DNA from: Acidobacteriota bacterium
Lineage (GTDB): Bacteria > Acidobacteriota > UBA6911 > RPQK01 > JAJDTT01
NCBI GenBank assembly: GCA_965217775.1
Contig: CBDCJH010000002.1
Coordinates: 1,056,001-1,120,000 of the forward strand
DNA length: 64,000 bases
Direction: 5' to 3'
Every line of letters begins with the position of its first letter. Position 1 is the first letter of the stretch. Of the stretch, positions 39,301-52,674 are shown piece after piece. A model generated the notes under the pieces. It did not search any database, had not been told where the DNA came from, and saw only the letters and a list, made by a program, of their open reading frames with translations. The position numbers and the translations under genes were made by a program.

Positions 39301-39527
39301 CCATTCTAGCGAAAGCGAACCCCCCTGTTTCTCTTAGGATTTCGCCGGCCCCAGGCCGGTGGGGGAGCTGGTGAGAAATGCGGGCTAGGATAAGAACGCA
39401 GAATGGGAGCCTGCGGCGTTATAAGGAATTAAGTCTGGAGACGGTGTGGGTCATCGATGGAGAGTCCGTGTCCCGGGTGGGGAACGCTACCCGGATCGCT
39501 CAATAATTCGTACATGGGTAAATCTTC

Positions 39528-41981
<2,454 letters not shown>

Positions 41982-41991
41982 ACTGACACGG

Positions 41992-44505
41992 ATGTGGAAG
42001 TACTTCCTGCACGTGGCTGCGCTCGCCAGTCTGTCGCTGGCCCAACCGATCTTTGATCTCCTCTCTCAATTCCCCCAGTTTCTCGTCGCGCATCACGCCG
42101 GACTCATGGAGGTGCTGCTGCTCGTCCTCCTCCTCACCCTCGTCGTGCCGGGATCGGTGGTGGCCTTGGAATCATTCCAGGACCGGATCATGGGCGCCCG
42201 TTACAGGCTTCCAGGCTCGGGTATCGCTCTGTTTGTATTTCCTCTCGCCCTGCTCATCCTGAAACTCCCCGAAGGGATTCCAGGAACGCTGCTGGTCGGC
42301 GCTGCGGTGCTGCTGGCGTGGCTCAGTCGCCGCGCCTATCTTCGTATTCGGCCTGTTCGGGTGTACCTGACGATTCTGTCGCCGGCGATTCTCATCGTGC
42401 CGATCCTGTTCCTGACCGGACCCTCGGTTCGAAGAATCATCACTCCCGCCAAGCCGCAGGGCGTCGCGCTCGCGAATGGACAGACAGATACCCCGATCTT
42501 CATGGTTGTCTTCGACGAACTGCCCCTTCGATCTCTCCTCGATCGCCGGGGTGACATCGATTCGGTGCGTTTTCCCAATTTCGCCGATCTGGCCGGTCGA
42601 GCCGACTGGTACCGGCGCACGACCTCCGTCTCCTACTCTACCCAATACGCTTTACCGGCCATCCTGACCGGAAATCTCCCGCAGGCTGACCATTCGTTTC
42701 TCCCTACCCTGGCCCACTATCCGGACAATCTCTTCACTTGGCTTCGAAATTCTCACCAGCTCAATATTTCCGAGTCGATCACGCACCTCTGTCCCGATTG
42801 TCCGGAGTCCAAACCCGGTCACCTGCGAAGAGCGTTTCGGCTGCTGGTTGATCTTCCGGAGATCTATCTTCATCTCGTTCTGCCCGAGGATCTCACGACG
42901 GGATTGCCCGACATCCGTCACGGCTGGACGGTGCCGAATCAGCAGAGATGGCGGCTGGGCCACCCCGTCCGACAGTTCGAAGCGTTCTTGGAGACCCTTC
43001 CGGAAAAAGGCGAGCCCAGTCTGAATTTCATCCATATGCAGATTCCTCATTTGCCCTGGATCTACCTTCCTTCGGGAAAGCGCTATGTGTCCGGAGGGGA
43101 CATGAGCTTGTTCACGAAGAGGGATATCTGGACTCGAGACGAAACTCTGGTGACGCTGGCGTTCCAGCGCCATCTACTGCAAGTGGGTTTGGCCGACCGG
43201 CTCCTGGGCCGGCTGCTCCGGAAGTTGAAGGCTGACCGTCTCTACGACCGGAGCCTGATTATCGTCGTATCGGACCATGGAGTTGGGTTTCAGCCTGGTG
43301 GGAACCGGAGAAAAATTACAGAGGCAAACTTCAGGGACCTTCTGACGGTGCCGCTTTTGATCAAAGCTCCGTACCAGATACTGGGCCGGGTATCGGACCG
43401 GCCCACACGAACCACCGACATCCTCCCCAGCATTGCCGAGATCCTGCGAGTTCCGACGCCGTGGCCGACCGATGGAATCTCGGTCAACGAAACTGCAATG
43501 ACCCAGGAAAGAGATCCGGCGGCGCCTTCCCTCATCACGGTTCCTCCGTCCAAGTTTCTACGTTATCGAACGACCGTTTGTCTGGAAGGGATGACGTTCG
43601 AAGTGAGGCAGGACGGGGCTTGGGCCCATTTGGGGGAACTGACAGAAAGGGGAGACAAGATCATTTTGTGGGGCTGGGCGGCAGACATGGAGACCCTGGA
43701 ACCGGCCGAATCCATCCTCGTGTTCGTCAATGATGAACTGATCTTTCAAGGGATGACTCGGCACCCGCGGCCGGATGTGGCCAAGTTCTTCAAAGCAGTG
43801 GAGTTGGAGGATTCCGGATTCTATCTCGAGCTCGGCCGGGACCTCTTCCAAGGGAGCCCGGCAGTGCGTTGCTTTGCCGTCCTTGGGGATCGAATCCGCG
43901 AGGTGCAATATCCGCTCAGTTTCCCATGGCCTGTCGAACCGAAGTCGAGTCGGGAAGAAACCCACTCCTCCAATATCGATGGGACCTCTTGCATCGATCA
44001 GAAGCCGGCGCGTTCTTTTCTGATCACTCGCTCGCTGAGCCCGGAGACCCTGTGGGAAAGCTCTGGGTCCAGTGAATTTGAGACGGGTCTTCGCGAACTG
44101 GCCTGGGATGCGGGTCCGGACGGCGTGTTTAAAATGGGCCCTGCTGACTCACTGCTCGGGAAGCCGCTGGATCAGTTGCCTGTGACCGAACGAAGGGGAC
44201 TGCGAATCGAGTTGGACCAGCCGCGACTCTACGAGAGGGTTCGGCTCGATGCCGACTTCATCCCGGCTGCAATCGAAGGTTGGGTCTCGGCAACGGATGC
44301 CGAATATGTGGCCATTGGCTTGAACGGAACTCTCAGGGCCGTTGCCGCGACGTTCGAGGGTCCCGACGGCCGGCGGCGGTTCCAAGCCATCGCGCCGGAA
44401 GCATCCTTTGTGAATGGCGCCAACCGGATTCAGATGTTCGTCGTGGCGCGCGAGAATGGAAAAGTATTACTGCTTTCTCCGCCCGAGAACCGTCGGTCGC
44501 GTTGA
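41992..44505 (+). CDS. Membrane-anchored sulfatase-like hydrolase/transferase
   Basis: About 5 N-terminal TM; VVFDELP, T.YALPAILTG, PHLPW, VSDHG. Confidence 0.75.
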   Translation: MWKYFLHVAALASLSLAQPIFDLLSQFPQFLVAHHAGLMEVLLLVLLLTLVVPGSVVALESFQDRIMGARYRLPGSGIALFVFPLALLILKLPEGIPGTLLVGAAVLLAWLSRRAYLRIRPVRVYLTILSPAILIVPILFLTGPSVRRIITPAKPQGVALANGQTDTPIFMVVFDELPLRSLLDRRGDIDSVRFPNFADLAGRADWYRRTTSVSYSTQYALPAILTGNLPQADHSFLPTLAHYPDNLFTWLRNSHQLNISESITHLCPDCPESKPGHLRRAFRLLVDLPEIYLHLVLPEDLTTGLPDIRHGWTVPNQQRWRLGHPVRQFEAFLETLPEKGEPSLNFIHMQIPHLPWIYLPSGKRYVSGGDMSLFTKRDIWTRDETLVTLAFQRHLLQVGLADRLLGRLLRKLKADRLYDRSLIIVVSDHGVGFQPGGNRRKITEANFRDLLTVPLLIKAPYQILGRVSDRPTRTTDILPSIAEILRVPTPWPTDGISVNETAMTQERDPAAPSLITVPPSKFLRYRTTVCLEGMTFEVRQDGAWAHLGELTERGDKIILWGWAADMETLEPAESILVFVNDELIFQGMTRHPRPDVAKFFKAVELEDSGFYLELGRDLFQGSPAVRCFAVLGDRIREVQYPLSFPWPVEPKSSREETHSSNIDGTSCIDQKPARSFLITRSLSPETLWESSGSSEFETGLRELAWDAGPDGVFKMGPADSLLGKPLDQLPVTERRGLRIELDQPRLYERVRLDADFIPAAIEGWVSATDAEYVAIGLNGTLRAVAATFEGPDGRRRFQAIAPEASFVNGANRIQMFVVARENGKVLLLSPPENRRSR

Positions 44506-44544
44506 TCGGGCGTGAGCCGGGCGGCGGTTGAGATAATCAAGGTA

Positions 44545-45045
44545 ATGAAAAAGAAATCCAAGAAGACGCTGTATCTGGCCAATCCATACGGATTTTCCCG
44601 GCAGCAGCGGGAAGGTCCACTGGCGCTCCTGGTGGCCGCGTTGCAGGGGATCGGTGCCGAAGTCTGGGAGCCGTTTGCCCGCAACAACCAGATTGACCAA
44701 TCGAATCCGGGGTGGGCCTACCGGATCGGTCAGGCTGACGTCCGAGACGTGAGGGATGCCGACGGCATCTTCGCCGTGGTCAATGGCTGCCCCCCGGACG
44801 AAGGGGTGATGGTGGAACTGGGGCTGGCCATCGCTTGGCAAAAGCCGGTGTTCCTGTTCCGGGACGACTTTCGCCGATGCACCGACAGCGAGACTTATCC
44901 CCTCAACCTGATGGTGTTCGCAGGCCTGCCGGAGACGGGCTGGGAAGACTATTGGTACGCCTCCATCGACGAAATTGCCGATTCCGAAAAAGCGTTGGTC
45001 CGGTGGCTGCAGGAAGAGGACGATCTTCGGTCGCCAGAGAGTTGA
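44545..45045 (+). CDS. Nucleoside 2-deoxyribosyltransferase family protein
   Basis: LYLANPYGFS, DVRDVRDAD, PDEGVMVELG.A.A..KPV, NLMV. Confidence 0.85.
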   Translation: MKKKSKKTLYLANPYGFSRQQREGPLALLVAALQGIGAEVWEPFARNNQIDQSNPGWAYRIGQADVRDVRDADGIFAVVNGCPPDEGVMVELGLAIAWQKPVFLFRDDFRRCTDSETYPLNLMVFAGLPETGWEDYWYASIDEIADSEKALVRWLQEEDDLRSPES

Positions 45046-45079
45046 GCCGGGATGATTTCGCGGCTCGCTCCGCCTGGTA

Positions 45080-48000
45080 TCAGAAAATCAACCGGAGCCC
45101 CCACTGCACGATCCGCTGGAACGGGGCGGTGCCCATGCCGCCGCTGAAAATGGTCTTGTCCAGGAACTGGTCGGTGCCGGGAGTGACGTATCCGGGAAAG
45201 CCCGTGGCATTGACGGTGGTATTGAACACGGATCCGTTGCCCACGATAGGGTTGGGGTGGTTGACAGTCCGTGGTGAAAGTCCCGCGAGCACCGAGACCG
45301 TTCCTGCGCCCGCCGGACAAGGCGCGATTCGGGTGCATACCGGGAGTATGTGCCCGAATCGCAACGCCGTCCGCCGGGATGCAGGGACGGTCGAATGCCG
45401 TGATGACTTTTGCCACGGGCTGTTGAAGGCGTTCCACAACTCGGCACGGAACTGCAGTCTCATCCCTTCTTTGCCTGGAAGATCCAGATTCCTGAAAATC
45501 CCCAGGTTCCAGACCTTGATCCCGGGTGAGAGGAACGTGCCCCGGCCCATGTTGGTCTGGGCGCCCGTTCCTCCCCGGATGTACCTTGCCCCCGGATCCC
45601 GAGCGACGTAGCCGACCACGTTGGCGGGGCCTCCGCACCGGTCGGAACTCTCCGCGATTCCGATTTCAGTCCCCTGCCGGCAGACGAAATTCACGTCCGT
45701 TCCGGTTTGGCCGCGGCCTTGGGGATTCTCGATGGCCGTATCGCCGGCGGTGTTGAAGTCCCCGTTCAGGTCGCGGCGGGAGATGATGGTGAGCGGCTGT
45801 CCGCTCTCGGCCAGATAGGTCCCGTTGATCTGCCACCCGCGGGTCAACAGGTTCAGCAAGCGGTTACCCCGGCTGACGCCCGGGAGGTTCCACAGCCAAC
45901 TGAGGGAAAGCTTGTGGGCATGGTGCAGTCCCGAGAGACCCCGGCCGGAGCGAATGTCCAGGTGATCGAAGGGCCGCCGAGGATTCATGAAGCTGGTGAA
46001 CAGGTCGTTCTCCATGAAGTCGATGGTCTTGCTCCAGGTGTAGTTGGCGTTGAACGAGAACCCTTTCGAAAACCGTTTCTGCAGCAACACGGAGCCCCCG
46101 TGGTACCAGGACTGGCCGTCGGGAGCGAACTCCGTCACCACTCCGGCGAACCCGTAGGGCCAGAGCAGCAGGCCCAGACCCAGGGGCGTCCCATCCGTGG
46201 CGGTGGAGCGCCTTCCCTTGAGGAAATCGGCCAGCGTCGGAGCGCCCCGAAAGTCCTGCTCCAAGGCATCGGACTCCCGGACGAAGGTGGGAAGGCGATG
46301 GGGGTTGGGGAGTCCCGCGCTCTTCCACCGCTGGACCGGCAGGTGGATCGCGTGATTGCCGACATATCGTGCTTCGATCATGTAGTCACCCGCCAACTGC
46401 TGCTGAAGAGCCAGGGACCAGGTGTAGGTTTCGGGCGACACGTCGTCGCGCACGAGGACTCCGGTGGCGGCCCGGGCGACATAGGTGTCGGTGAAGGTCG
46501 TGGGCGGCAGACTCGTCAGCAGGCCGCCCCCGCCCAGAAACCCGACGGTGGAGTGCCGGATGTCGGCGCTCAGAGCGTCACCGCCCGTTTCCATCAGGGC
46601 ACACCAGCCAGGCGAGGGGCTGATGGCGCAGGCGTTGGTTTCGCGATTCTCCGCCTGGATCTGTGGCGGCAGCATCAACAACGGCAGGTTGCCGAAGATG
46701 ACGTCGTGGGCCACCCCCACGCCTCCCCGAAGGGAGGTCTTGTGGGTCCCGAAGAGATCCCAGGCAAAGCCGATCCGGGGCGCCCAGTTGTTTCGATCGG
46801 CATGGGGTTTGCGGAAGATGAGCGACTCGCCCACATGGTTCAAGAGCGCGGACTGATGGGCCGGGGGCAGGGAATCGAAGATCTTGGCGCCCAAAAGAGG
46901 AGAGTCCGGGGCTACGCCGAGTGAGCCCAGGAGCTGCGGTGTGAAGACCTCTTCCCGAATGGATTCGATGTTGGACAGGGCGTTGAGGTCCTGCAGGGCG
47001 GTGTCCCGGGCCACCTGGGTGTATTCGTAGCGGAGTCCCAGATCCAAAGTGAGGTGCGGGTGAACCTGCCAGTTGTCCTGCAAATAGCCGAACATCGCCG
47101 CCCGGTTCTGGGCGAAGAACCCGGTTCCGACGCCTCGAATGGCCACCACGCTGGGGAAACGGTCGCGGACGAACTCGTCGAGGTCTGCGTAGGTGTACTC
47201 CGCCCGTCCCCGCGGGAGGAACAGGCTGCCCGCGATGATGTTCCTGTAGTCGGCTCCCATTTTGATGGTGTGGGAGCCCAGGCTCCAACTGAAGTTCTCG
47301 CTGACCTGATAGACGTTGTCGGTGCCCGCCTGAGGAAAGAGCAAATGAGGTCCGATGAACAGGCTGATGTCGTTGATGTTGTAGTTGCCGAAGGTGTCGG
47401 TGGGACCCGGGGCCGGGGGCAGATCCACCGGGAACCCGTTGGCGTTGCGGTTGTAGCCGATCCGCAGCTCATTGATCCGGGTCGGGCCGAGAGTGAAGAC
47501 GTCGCTCACCGTGACCCGTTGAGTGTCGGTGAAGACGTCGCTGTTGAAACGGGCGACCGGAAGCTCGCCGGCGGCAACCTGCCGATTCCGGCTGTAGTGG
47601 TATCGGGTGCTGATGCGGTGCCGGTTGGTCTGGTAGTCGCTGCTGATCAGGAAAAGGTGGGTTCGATCGAACTGGGGTGCCGACAACGACAGGACCCCCA
47701 GTTCGATGGGGACTCGCCGGCCGGTGGCTTCGTTGAGAACCGCCGCAGTGGCGGAGGCGGCAGCGGCGGGAGGCACGTGGTCCGCGATGATGCCGACGGT
47801 GACGGGACTGACACCGGTGCCCGGCTCCGCCGCCAGATTGCGCAACGCGGCCAGTCCCGCCCGGGTGGGGCCCAGGATCTGCCCAGGCGAGGTCCCGTCC
47901 AAGGTGAGATTCCGGTACTCGTAGGACCCGAAAATGAACCATTTGTCCTTTAGAACCGGACCTCCCAGCTGTCCCCCGAAGCGGTTCCAGTCATAACGGG

Positions 48001-48160
48001 GCTTGCGGTCCCCCGGCCGAGTGGCGGCCCGGGTCAAATTGTCCAGGGAGTTCGTATGCCGATTCTGGTTGAACCACCAGGCCCGGCCCTGCCATGAGTT
48101 GGTCCCCGACTTGGTCGTGGTGATGAACTGCCCGGCCGTGGAGTGGCCGTTGGGCCCGCC
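45080..48160 (-). pseudogene. TonB-dependent receptor barrel lacking its N-terminus and plug, fused in frame to a GWxTD C-terminus; contains a MITE insertion
   Basis: TKSGTN, NRFGGQLGGP, YLQDNWQV..LTLDLGLRYE, NNWAPRIGFAWD, RIVQWGLRLIF; junction position approximate. Confidence 0.8.
45265..45422. mobile_element. MITE family A copy 3 (158 bp), inside the TonB receptor
   Basis: Nearly identical to copy 1; TTGA duplicated at 45261-45264 and 45423-45426. Confidence 0.95.
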
Positions 48161-49444
48161 GGCGGTGAACGTGTTGTCCACCGACGGGTGGATCCGGACG
48201 TCGCCCAGGACAAACCTGCGGCCCGCTTCCGAAGTCCCCCCGACCGGTCGCAGATCGTGGGACAGGATGAGGGAACTGGCGGCCAGCGTGTCGTCCGGGT
48301 AGGAAGGCGGATCGACGGGTCGGCGAACGATTCCCGCCTTGCCGCTATTGAGGTCCCTGACCACCAGGTCGATCCGGTAGCGTCCTCGGCGGTCGAGGGA
48401 AATTAGTTACTGGTAGAGCGACCGGGATGCCCGAGCCCGGCCCAGGTCTTGCGGAAGGTAGCCCGAGACCAGTTCGTCCTCGAACTCCGCAACGAGCTGC
48501 CGGGAAACGCTGGTGACGATGCCGTAGACGGACACCCTCGCCGTCAGGGATCCGGCATCCGGCTCGTAGGTCAGTGCCTGGTCCCGGTTCAGTTTGAAAT
48601 GGTCTTGCCGCAATTTGAGCGGGAGGTCTCGATAACCGACCTCGAGCCGAACCAGCTCCCTCAGCTCCGTCGATTTGATCTCCGTGGGACGTTGGACTCG
48701 GCTGTAAGTCTCATAGCGATCGAATGGCGAGTCTTTGGCTCGCAGGGCGTTGAAGGAAGGAGGAGGCCGATATGCCTTGCGAGTCAGGCCTCTCCCCTCC
48801 GACCAGGTCAGGCCCGCGCCGGGAACCTGCCGGAGAACGTCCTTTTCGTCCGGGTTCAGGGCCAACCGGTATTCGCCCCCGCCCACCGGGTCCACGAACT
48901 CGAGCTCGACGTCGTCCCCGATGCCTTCGAGGCGGCGGTAACGCCAGATCTCGAAGGGATGGGTGGACGTGAACCCGCCGCCTTCGTGAACGGGGCGCTG
49001 GTAGGGGCCCCCGGAGGGGTGGCTCTCGATCTCGTCCGGTGGACCATGCAGGATGTAGATCCGCCCCCGGTCGGTCGTCCAGCCGGGCTTGCCGCTCCGG
49101 AACCACTGGTTGGCGTAGGCGATTCGCCGGTAATGCTCCTCCTTGTACTCGCAGACGGCGGTGCTGGGATCCGGGTCGCGGCGCCGCCAGAACTGCTCGA
49201 TGAACGTTTCCCGTTCCAGGTCGGTGTTCAGGCTCTCGAAGACGGTCTTTTCCCCAGGCGTGATGATGTAGGCGACAACCTGGTTGAGCCACCTTTCGAA
49301 GTGGTCGTCACTTTCCTCTTGCCCGCCCGCAGCGGCGGAGGCGGACGCCGCCGGTGGAGGCGAGGCCGAGGCTCCGAACGGAGAGTGGGAGACGAGGAGC
49401 AGTGCGAAGCAGAGACAAAATCTCCGGACGCTCTCGAGTCCCAT
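48161..49444 (-). pseudogene. Second GWxTD gene with in-frame TAA (48407-48409), small internal deletion and truncated C-terminus
   Basis: GWTTDRGRIYI; LYQ*LISLDRRGRYRIDLVVRDLNSGK aligns to paralog TYQKILVLERKLRYRLDLVVKDLTSGK. Confidence 0.85.
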
Positions 49445-49457
49445 GGGCGCGGTTGGG

Positions 49458-52310
49458 TTACCGGCGGGTGACCCAGATCGCCGAGGACCAGGCCATCATC
49501 TCGTCTTCCTGGATGACCCTCACGTAGTAGTAGCTGGTTCCCGGTCCGGAGTCCTGGTCCAGGTAGGTCACCGAGGCCTCGCGTTGGTGGGGCCGGGTCT
49601 GGTAGACGAACGTGTTGTCCTTGACCACGTCGATCTGCCGGATGGGTCCGGTCCCGATGGCCTTGATTTCCAGCTTCGGGGTTTCGGAGAGGGTGGTTTC
49701 GTCCCCCATGAAGGCGTCGCCGATACGGAAGTCGATGACGATGTTGTCGGTGGAGGCCAGGGTATGGCGCTGTTTCAGGCCCTGGAAGATCCCTTCCCGC
49801 GTGAACTCCGTGGCCCAGACTCCGGCGTAGGACATGTGGGTGGATTCATGGTCGGAGCTGCCGATGACGCCGATGCGGTGTCCGCGGGCCAGGGCGTCCC
49901 ACAACATGTGGGGTCCTTCGGGCCGGTTCCCCAGGGGACCCCGGCTCTCTTCGGGAAGTGCGTCCGCATGCTCGTAGGAGCGGCGAAAGCCCTGGTACAT
50001 TTCCAGCACCGGCTGGCTGACCGGATCATGCCACTTCCAGCTCACCCGGGGGCCCAGGGGAGAGTGGGGTATGGAGATTCCGTCGGTCCCCTTGAGCCTT
50101 TCCCACAGGCCCAGGGGAATGTTGTCCGAAGGAATGCCCACGTCGCCGGGAATCAATTCGCCGCGGCGTTCGGGCCAGATCAGGTTGCGGTGTCCCCCCG
50201 GATATTCCATGCTCCGCTCGTATCCGAACAGGGACACGAATCGGCCCGGAAACAGGTACATGTCCGCCACCTTCTGGGTTCGCCACCAGCCATACTCGCC
50301 CAGCGCGTCCTCCTTGCCGACGTTCCTGGCCCCTTTGGCCACCATGTTGTAGGTCTGGTTGTGGTCCGTGGTGGCCATGAAATCCAGTTCCGCCCCGTCC
50401 AGCGCGTAGCGGTATTGACCCGAGATGGAGAGGTCGGTCCAACCGTGGCCCACGATGTCGGTGTGGCGATGCAGGTCCCCGTAGTAGAGGCGATAGGTCT
50501 TGCCTCCCACCGTGGTCTCGTAGAGCTTGTTGGGCGTGGCGGAATAACGGGTCTCCGGCCCCGGAGCCGGGACCGGCCGCAGATCGCCGGCCTCACCGGC
50601 GGCCGGCGGCGCGGCCAAGCGCGAGGACCAGAGGTCCCACTGTCCCAGACGCCGGATTCCGCCCGCGCGGTAGTCGGTGGAATAGAGTACCCAGACGCTT
50701 CCGTCCGGGTGCGCGGCCGCGGGAAACTCCTGGGTCAAACGGCCGCTGCTGAAGGCCAGTTCCCGCGGCCGGGACCACTGCTCTCCGTTGAAATGGACGG
50801 CGTACAGGTTCCAGACCTCGTCCGGGTACATGCGGCTGGTCCACTGGCGGAAGATGAGCCAGAGGTTGCCATTCCGGCCCATCAGGAGCCGCGGCTGCTC
50901 CTGGAAATTCAGAGGCAGATCCAGGAAGCGGCTTCCCGGATCCTGTCCCATCCGGTGCCAGCTCCCTTGACTCCGGCAACGAATCCGGATCTTGCGGTCG
51001 GAATGGAGCAGAGTTGCCCCGAAATTGCTCTCCTGAGCGTAGTCCTTGCCCCACTCGGGACCCGATTCTTCCCAGGCGACCCAGAGCCGGTCCCGGGAAT
51101 CGAAGACAACCGAAGCATTGGCTTCGTAGTAGCGTGTGGCCGAGACCGGTTCCACTCTTCCCAGACGGCCACGGGGTCCGATGGTTCTCAGATAGATGTC
51201 GTAGTCGCCGTTCCGGTAGGTGTCCCAGGCGATGGCGGCCCCGCCCGAGGAGTCGACAGCGACGGCTGGGTGCCAGTCGGTCCCGGGATGCTCGGTGACG
51301 CGGATCTCGTCCGGCAGCCGACCGAAGTCGGCGATGGAGAGAGCGTAGATGTCGGAGTTTCCCTCTCTCAGGCCTTGCCAGACCAGCCAGTTCCTCCCGC
51401 TTGAGTCGAAAGCGGTCACCGGGTTGATGTCGTTGCCGGGGTGGCGGGTCAACTGGATCGGATCCTCCAGAGACGGCTTCAGTTGACGGGCCCAGAGGTC
51501 GAACTGGTCCTCCGCGAGCTGATTGTAGATGAGCCAGAGACTCTCGCCGGGACCCCTGGTGATCAGGGCCGTCCCGTAAATGGGGTTCCCGCCTGCCGAG
51601 GGGATTCGGTGAGGCGGGCCCCAGCCGTTCCGGCCCAGGGTGCTGGTGTAGAGGTGATCGGCCCCGTCCTGGTATTGGATCCAGGCCGCGTGAAGGTGAC
51701 CGTCCGGACCGACCACGATGGAAGGGTAGTCCTCTTCGCCGGGCGAGCGGGAAACCGGGAGAGCCGCGGGGGATCTCTCCACCGATGCGGCGCCGTCCAA
51801 GAACCATGCGGGGTCCGTGTCCGGAAGCTGGTCCAGGTCGACCTGGAAATCTCCCTGAACCGTGTTCACGTCCATCCGAGCTCCAGGCAGCGAGTCCAGT
51901 TGCAGCCAGACGCCCACGGGACGGGTGAGCTTGAAGCCATAGCGGGGCCGTGAGTTCCCGAGTCCCTTGACGGTCCAGCTCGTGTCCACGTCCGGGCGCT
52001 TGGTCCCGACCCTCCAGGCGATCTTCGGTTCCTGGATCACCTCGGACCCCTCCTCGTTGAAGTTCCAACCCTGGATCCGGTGGAAATCGCCCCGGTTCAG
52101 GTGGGCGATTCCGTTCCAGTCCCGGAGCTCCGCGTCCTTCAGGCCAAGTGAGACCTTCACGGTGAGGGGAAGCTGCGACGGTTCAAAGGAAGGCGCTGGA
52201 GATGAGGCCTGTGCCGGCTTTCCCGCGGACGGGAGCCACTCGGATCCGAAACGGATCCCCGCGGCGGCCGCCAGAGCCAAAATGAGCACAGCCGAGAGGC
52301 GTCGAGTCAT
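49458..52310 (-). CDS. Secreted beta-propeller + PHP-like metallohydrolase (DUF3604/CehA-McbA-like)
   Basis: Propeller repeats; YYGDLHRHT, TDHN, GHRN, IPH, GSSDH, YYYVRVIQED. Confidence 0.7.
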   Translation of the reverse strand: MTRRLSAVLILALAAAAGIRFGSEWLPSAGKPAQASSPAPSFEPSQLPLTVKVSLGLKDAELRDWNGIAHLNRGDFHRIQGWNFNEEGSEVIQEPKIAWRVGTKRPDVDTSWTVKGLGNSRPRYGFKLTRPVGVWLQLDSLPGARMDVNTVQGDFQVDLDQLPDTDPAWFLDGAASVERSPAALPVSRSPGEEDYPSIVVGPDGHLHAAWIQYQDGADHLYTSTLGRNGWGPPHRIPSAGGNPIYGTALITRGPGESLWLIYNQLAEDQFDLWARQLKPSLEDPIQLTRHPGNDINPVTAFDSSGRNWLVWQGLREGNSDIYALSIADFGRLPDEIRVTEHPGTDWHPAVAVDSSGGAAIAWDTYRNGDYDIYLRTIGPRGRLGRVEPVSATRYYEANASVVFDSRDRLWVAWEESGPEWGKDYAQESNFGATLLHSDRKIRIRCRSQGSWHRMGQDPGSRFLDLPLNFQEQPRLLMGRNGNLWLIFRQWTSRMYPDEVWNLYAVHFNGEQWSRPRELAFSSGRLTQEFPAAAHPDGSVWVLYSTDYRAGGIRRLGQWDLWSSRLAAPPAAGEAGDLRPVPAPGPETRYSATPNKLYETTVGGKTYRLYYGDLHRHTDIVGHGWTDLSISGQYRYALDGAELDFMATTDHNQTYNMVAKGARNVGKEDALGEYGWWRTQKVADMYLFPGRFVSLFGYERSMEYPGGHRNLIWPERRGELIPGDVGIPSDNIPLGLWERLKGTDGISIPHSPLGPRVSWKWHDPVSQPVLEMYQGFRRSYEHADALPEESRGPLGNRPEGPHMLWDALARGHRIGVIGSSDHESTHMSYAGVWATEFTREGIFQGLKQRHTLASTDNIVIDFRIGDAFMGDETTLSETPKLEIKAIGTGPIRQIDVVKDNTFVYQTRPHQREASVTYLDQDSGPGTSYYYVRVIQEDEMMAWSSAIWVTRR

Positions 52311-52437
52311 GGGAGGTCTGCGGGAATGAGGCTATTCGGTTGCCGACGGAGGTGTCAAGGAGCCGCCAGGCACAACGCTGCTTGTTCGGGATGGCTGCGA
52401 GACCGCCGGAACGTTTTTTTGTGGATCCTCTCCTCAA

Positions 52438-52595
52438 CAGCCCGTGGCAAAAGTCATCACGGCATTCGACCGTCCCTGCATCCCGGCGGACGGCGTTGCT
52501 ATCGGCTCACATACTCCCGGTATGCACCCGAATCGCGCCTGGTCCGGCGGGCGCAGGAACGGTCTCGGTGCTCGCGGGACTTTCACCACGGACTG
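52438..52595. mobile_element. MITE family A copy 4 (158 bp, intergenic)
   Basis: Same TIRs; TCAA duplicated at 52434-52437 and 52596-52599. Confidence 0.95.
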
Positions 52596-52674
52596 TCAAA
52601 GTTCATGGAAAACGGCAGGCAGTCGTTCTTATTGACAGGACCTGACCGAGTCAGTAGGTTCCATTGGAGGAAAC

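Larger units (their letters stand above)
37709..39367 (-). mobile_element. IS110-family insertion sequence flanked by a CT core
   Basis: CT at 37707-37708 and 39368-39369; removal restores the MITE B sequence; inverted GAGAAACA at 37712-37719 and 39326-39333. Confidence 0.92.
37482..39384. mobile_element. MITE family B copy (242 bp when empty), interrupted by IS110
   Basis: TIR CCCGCATTTCTCACCAG at both ends; CTAG at 37478-37481 and 39385-39388; colinear with 52951-53190. Confidence 0.92.

Noticed and set aside
48407-48409. Programmed readthrough or stop-codon recoding
   Set aside because: TAA terminates other genes here and the locus has additional lesions, so a nonsense mutation is simpler
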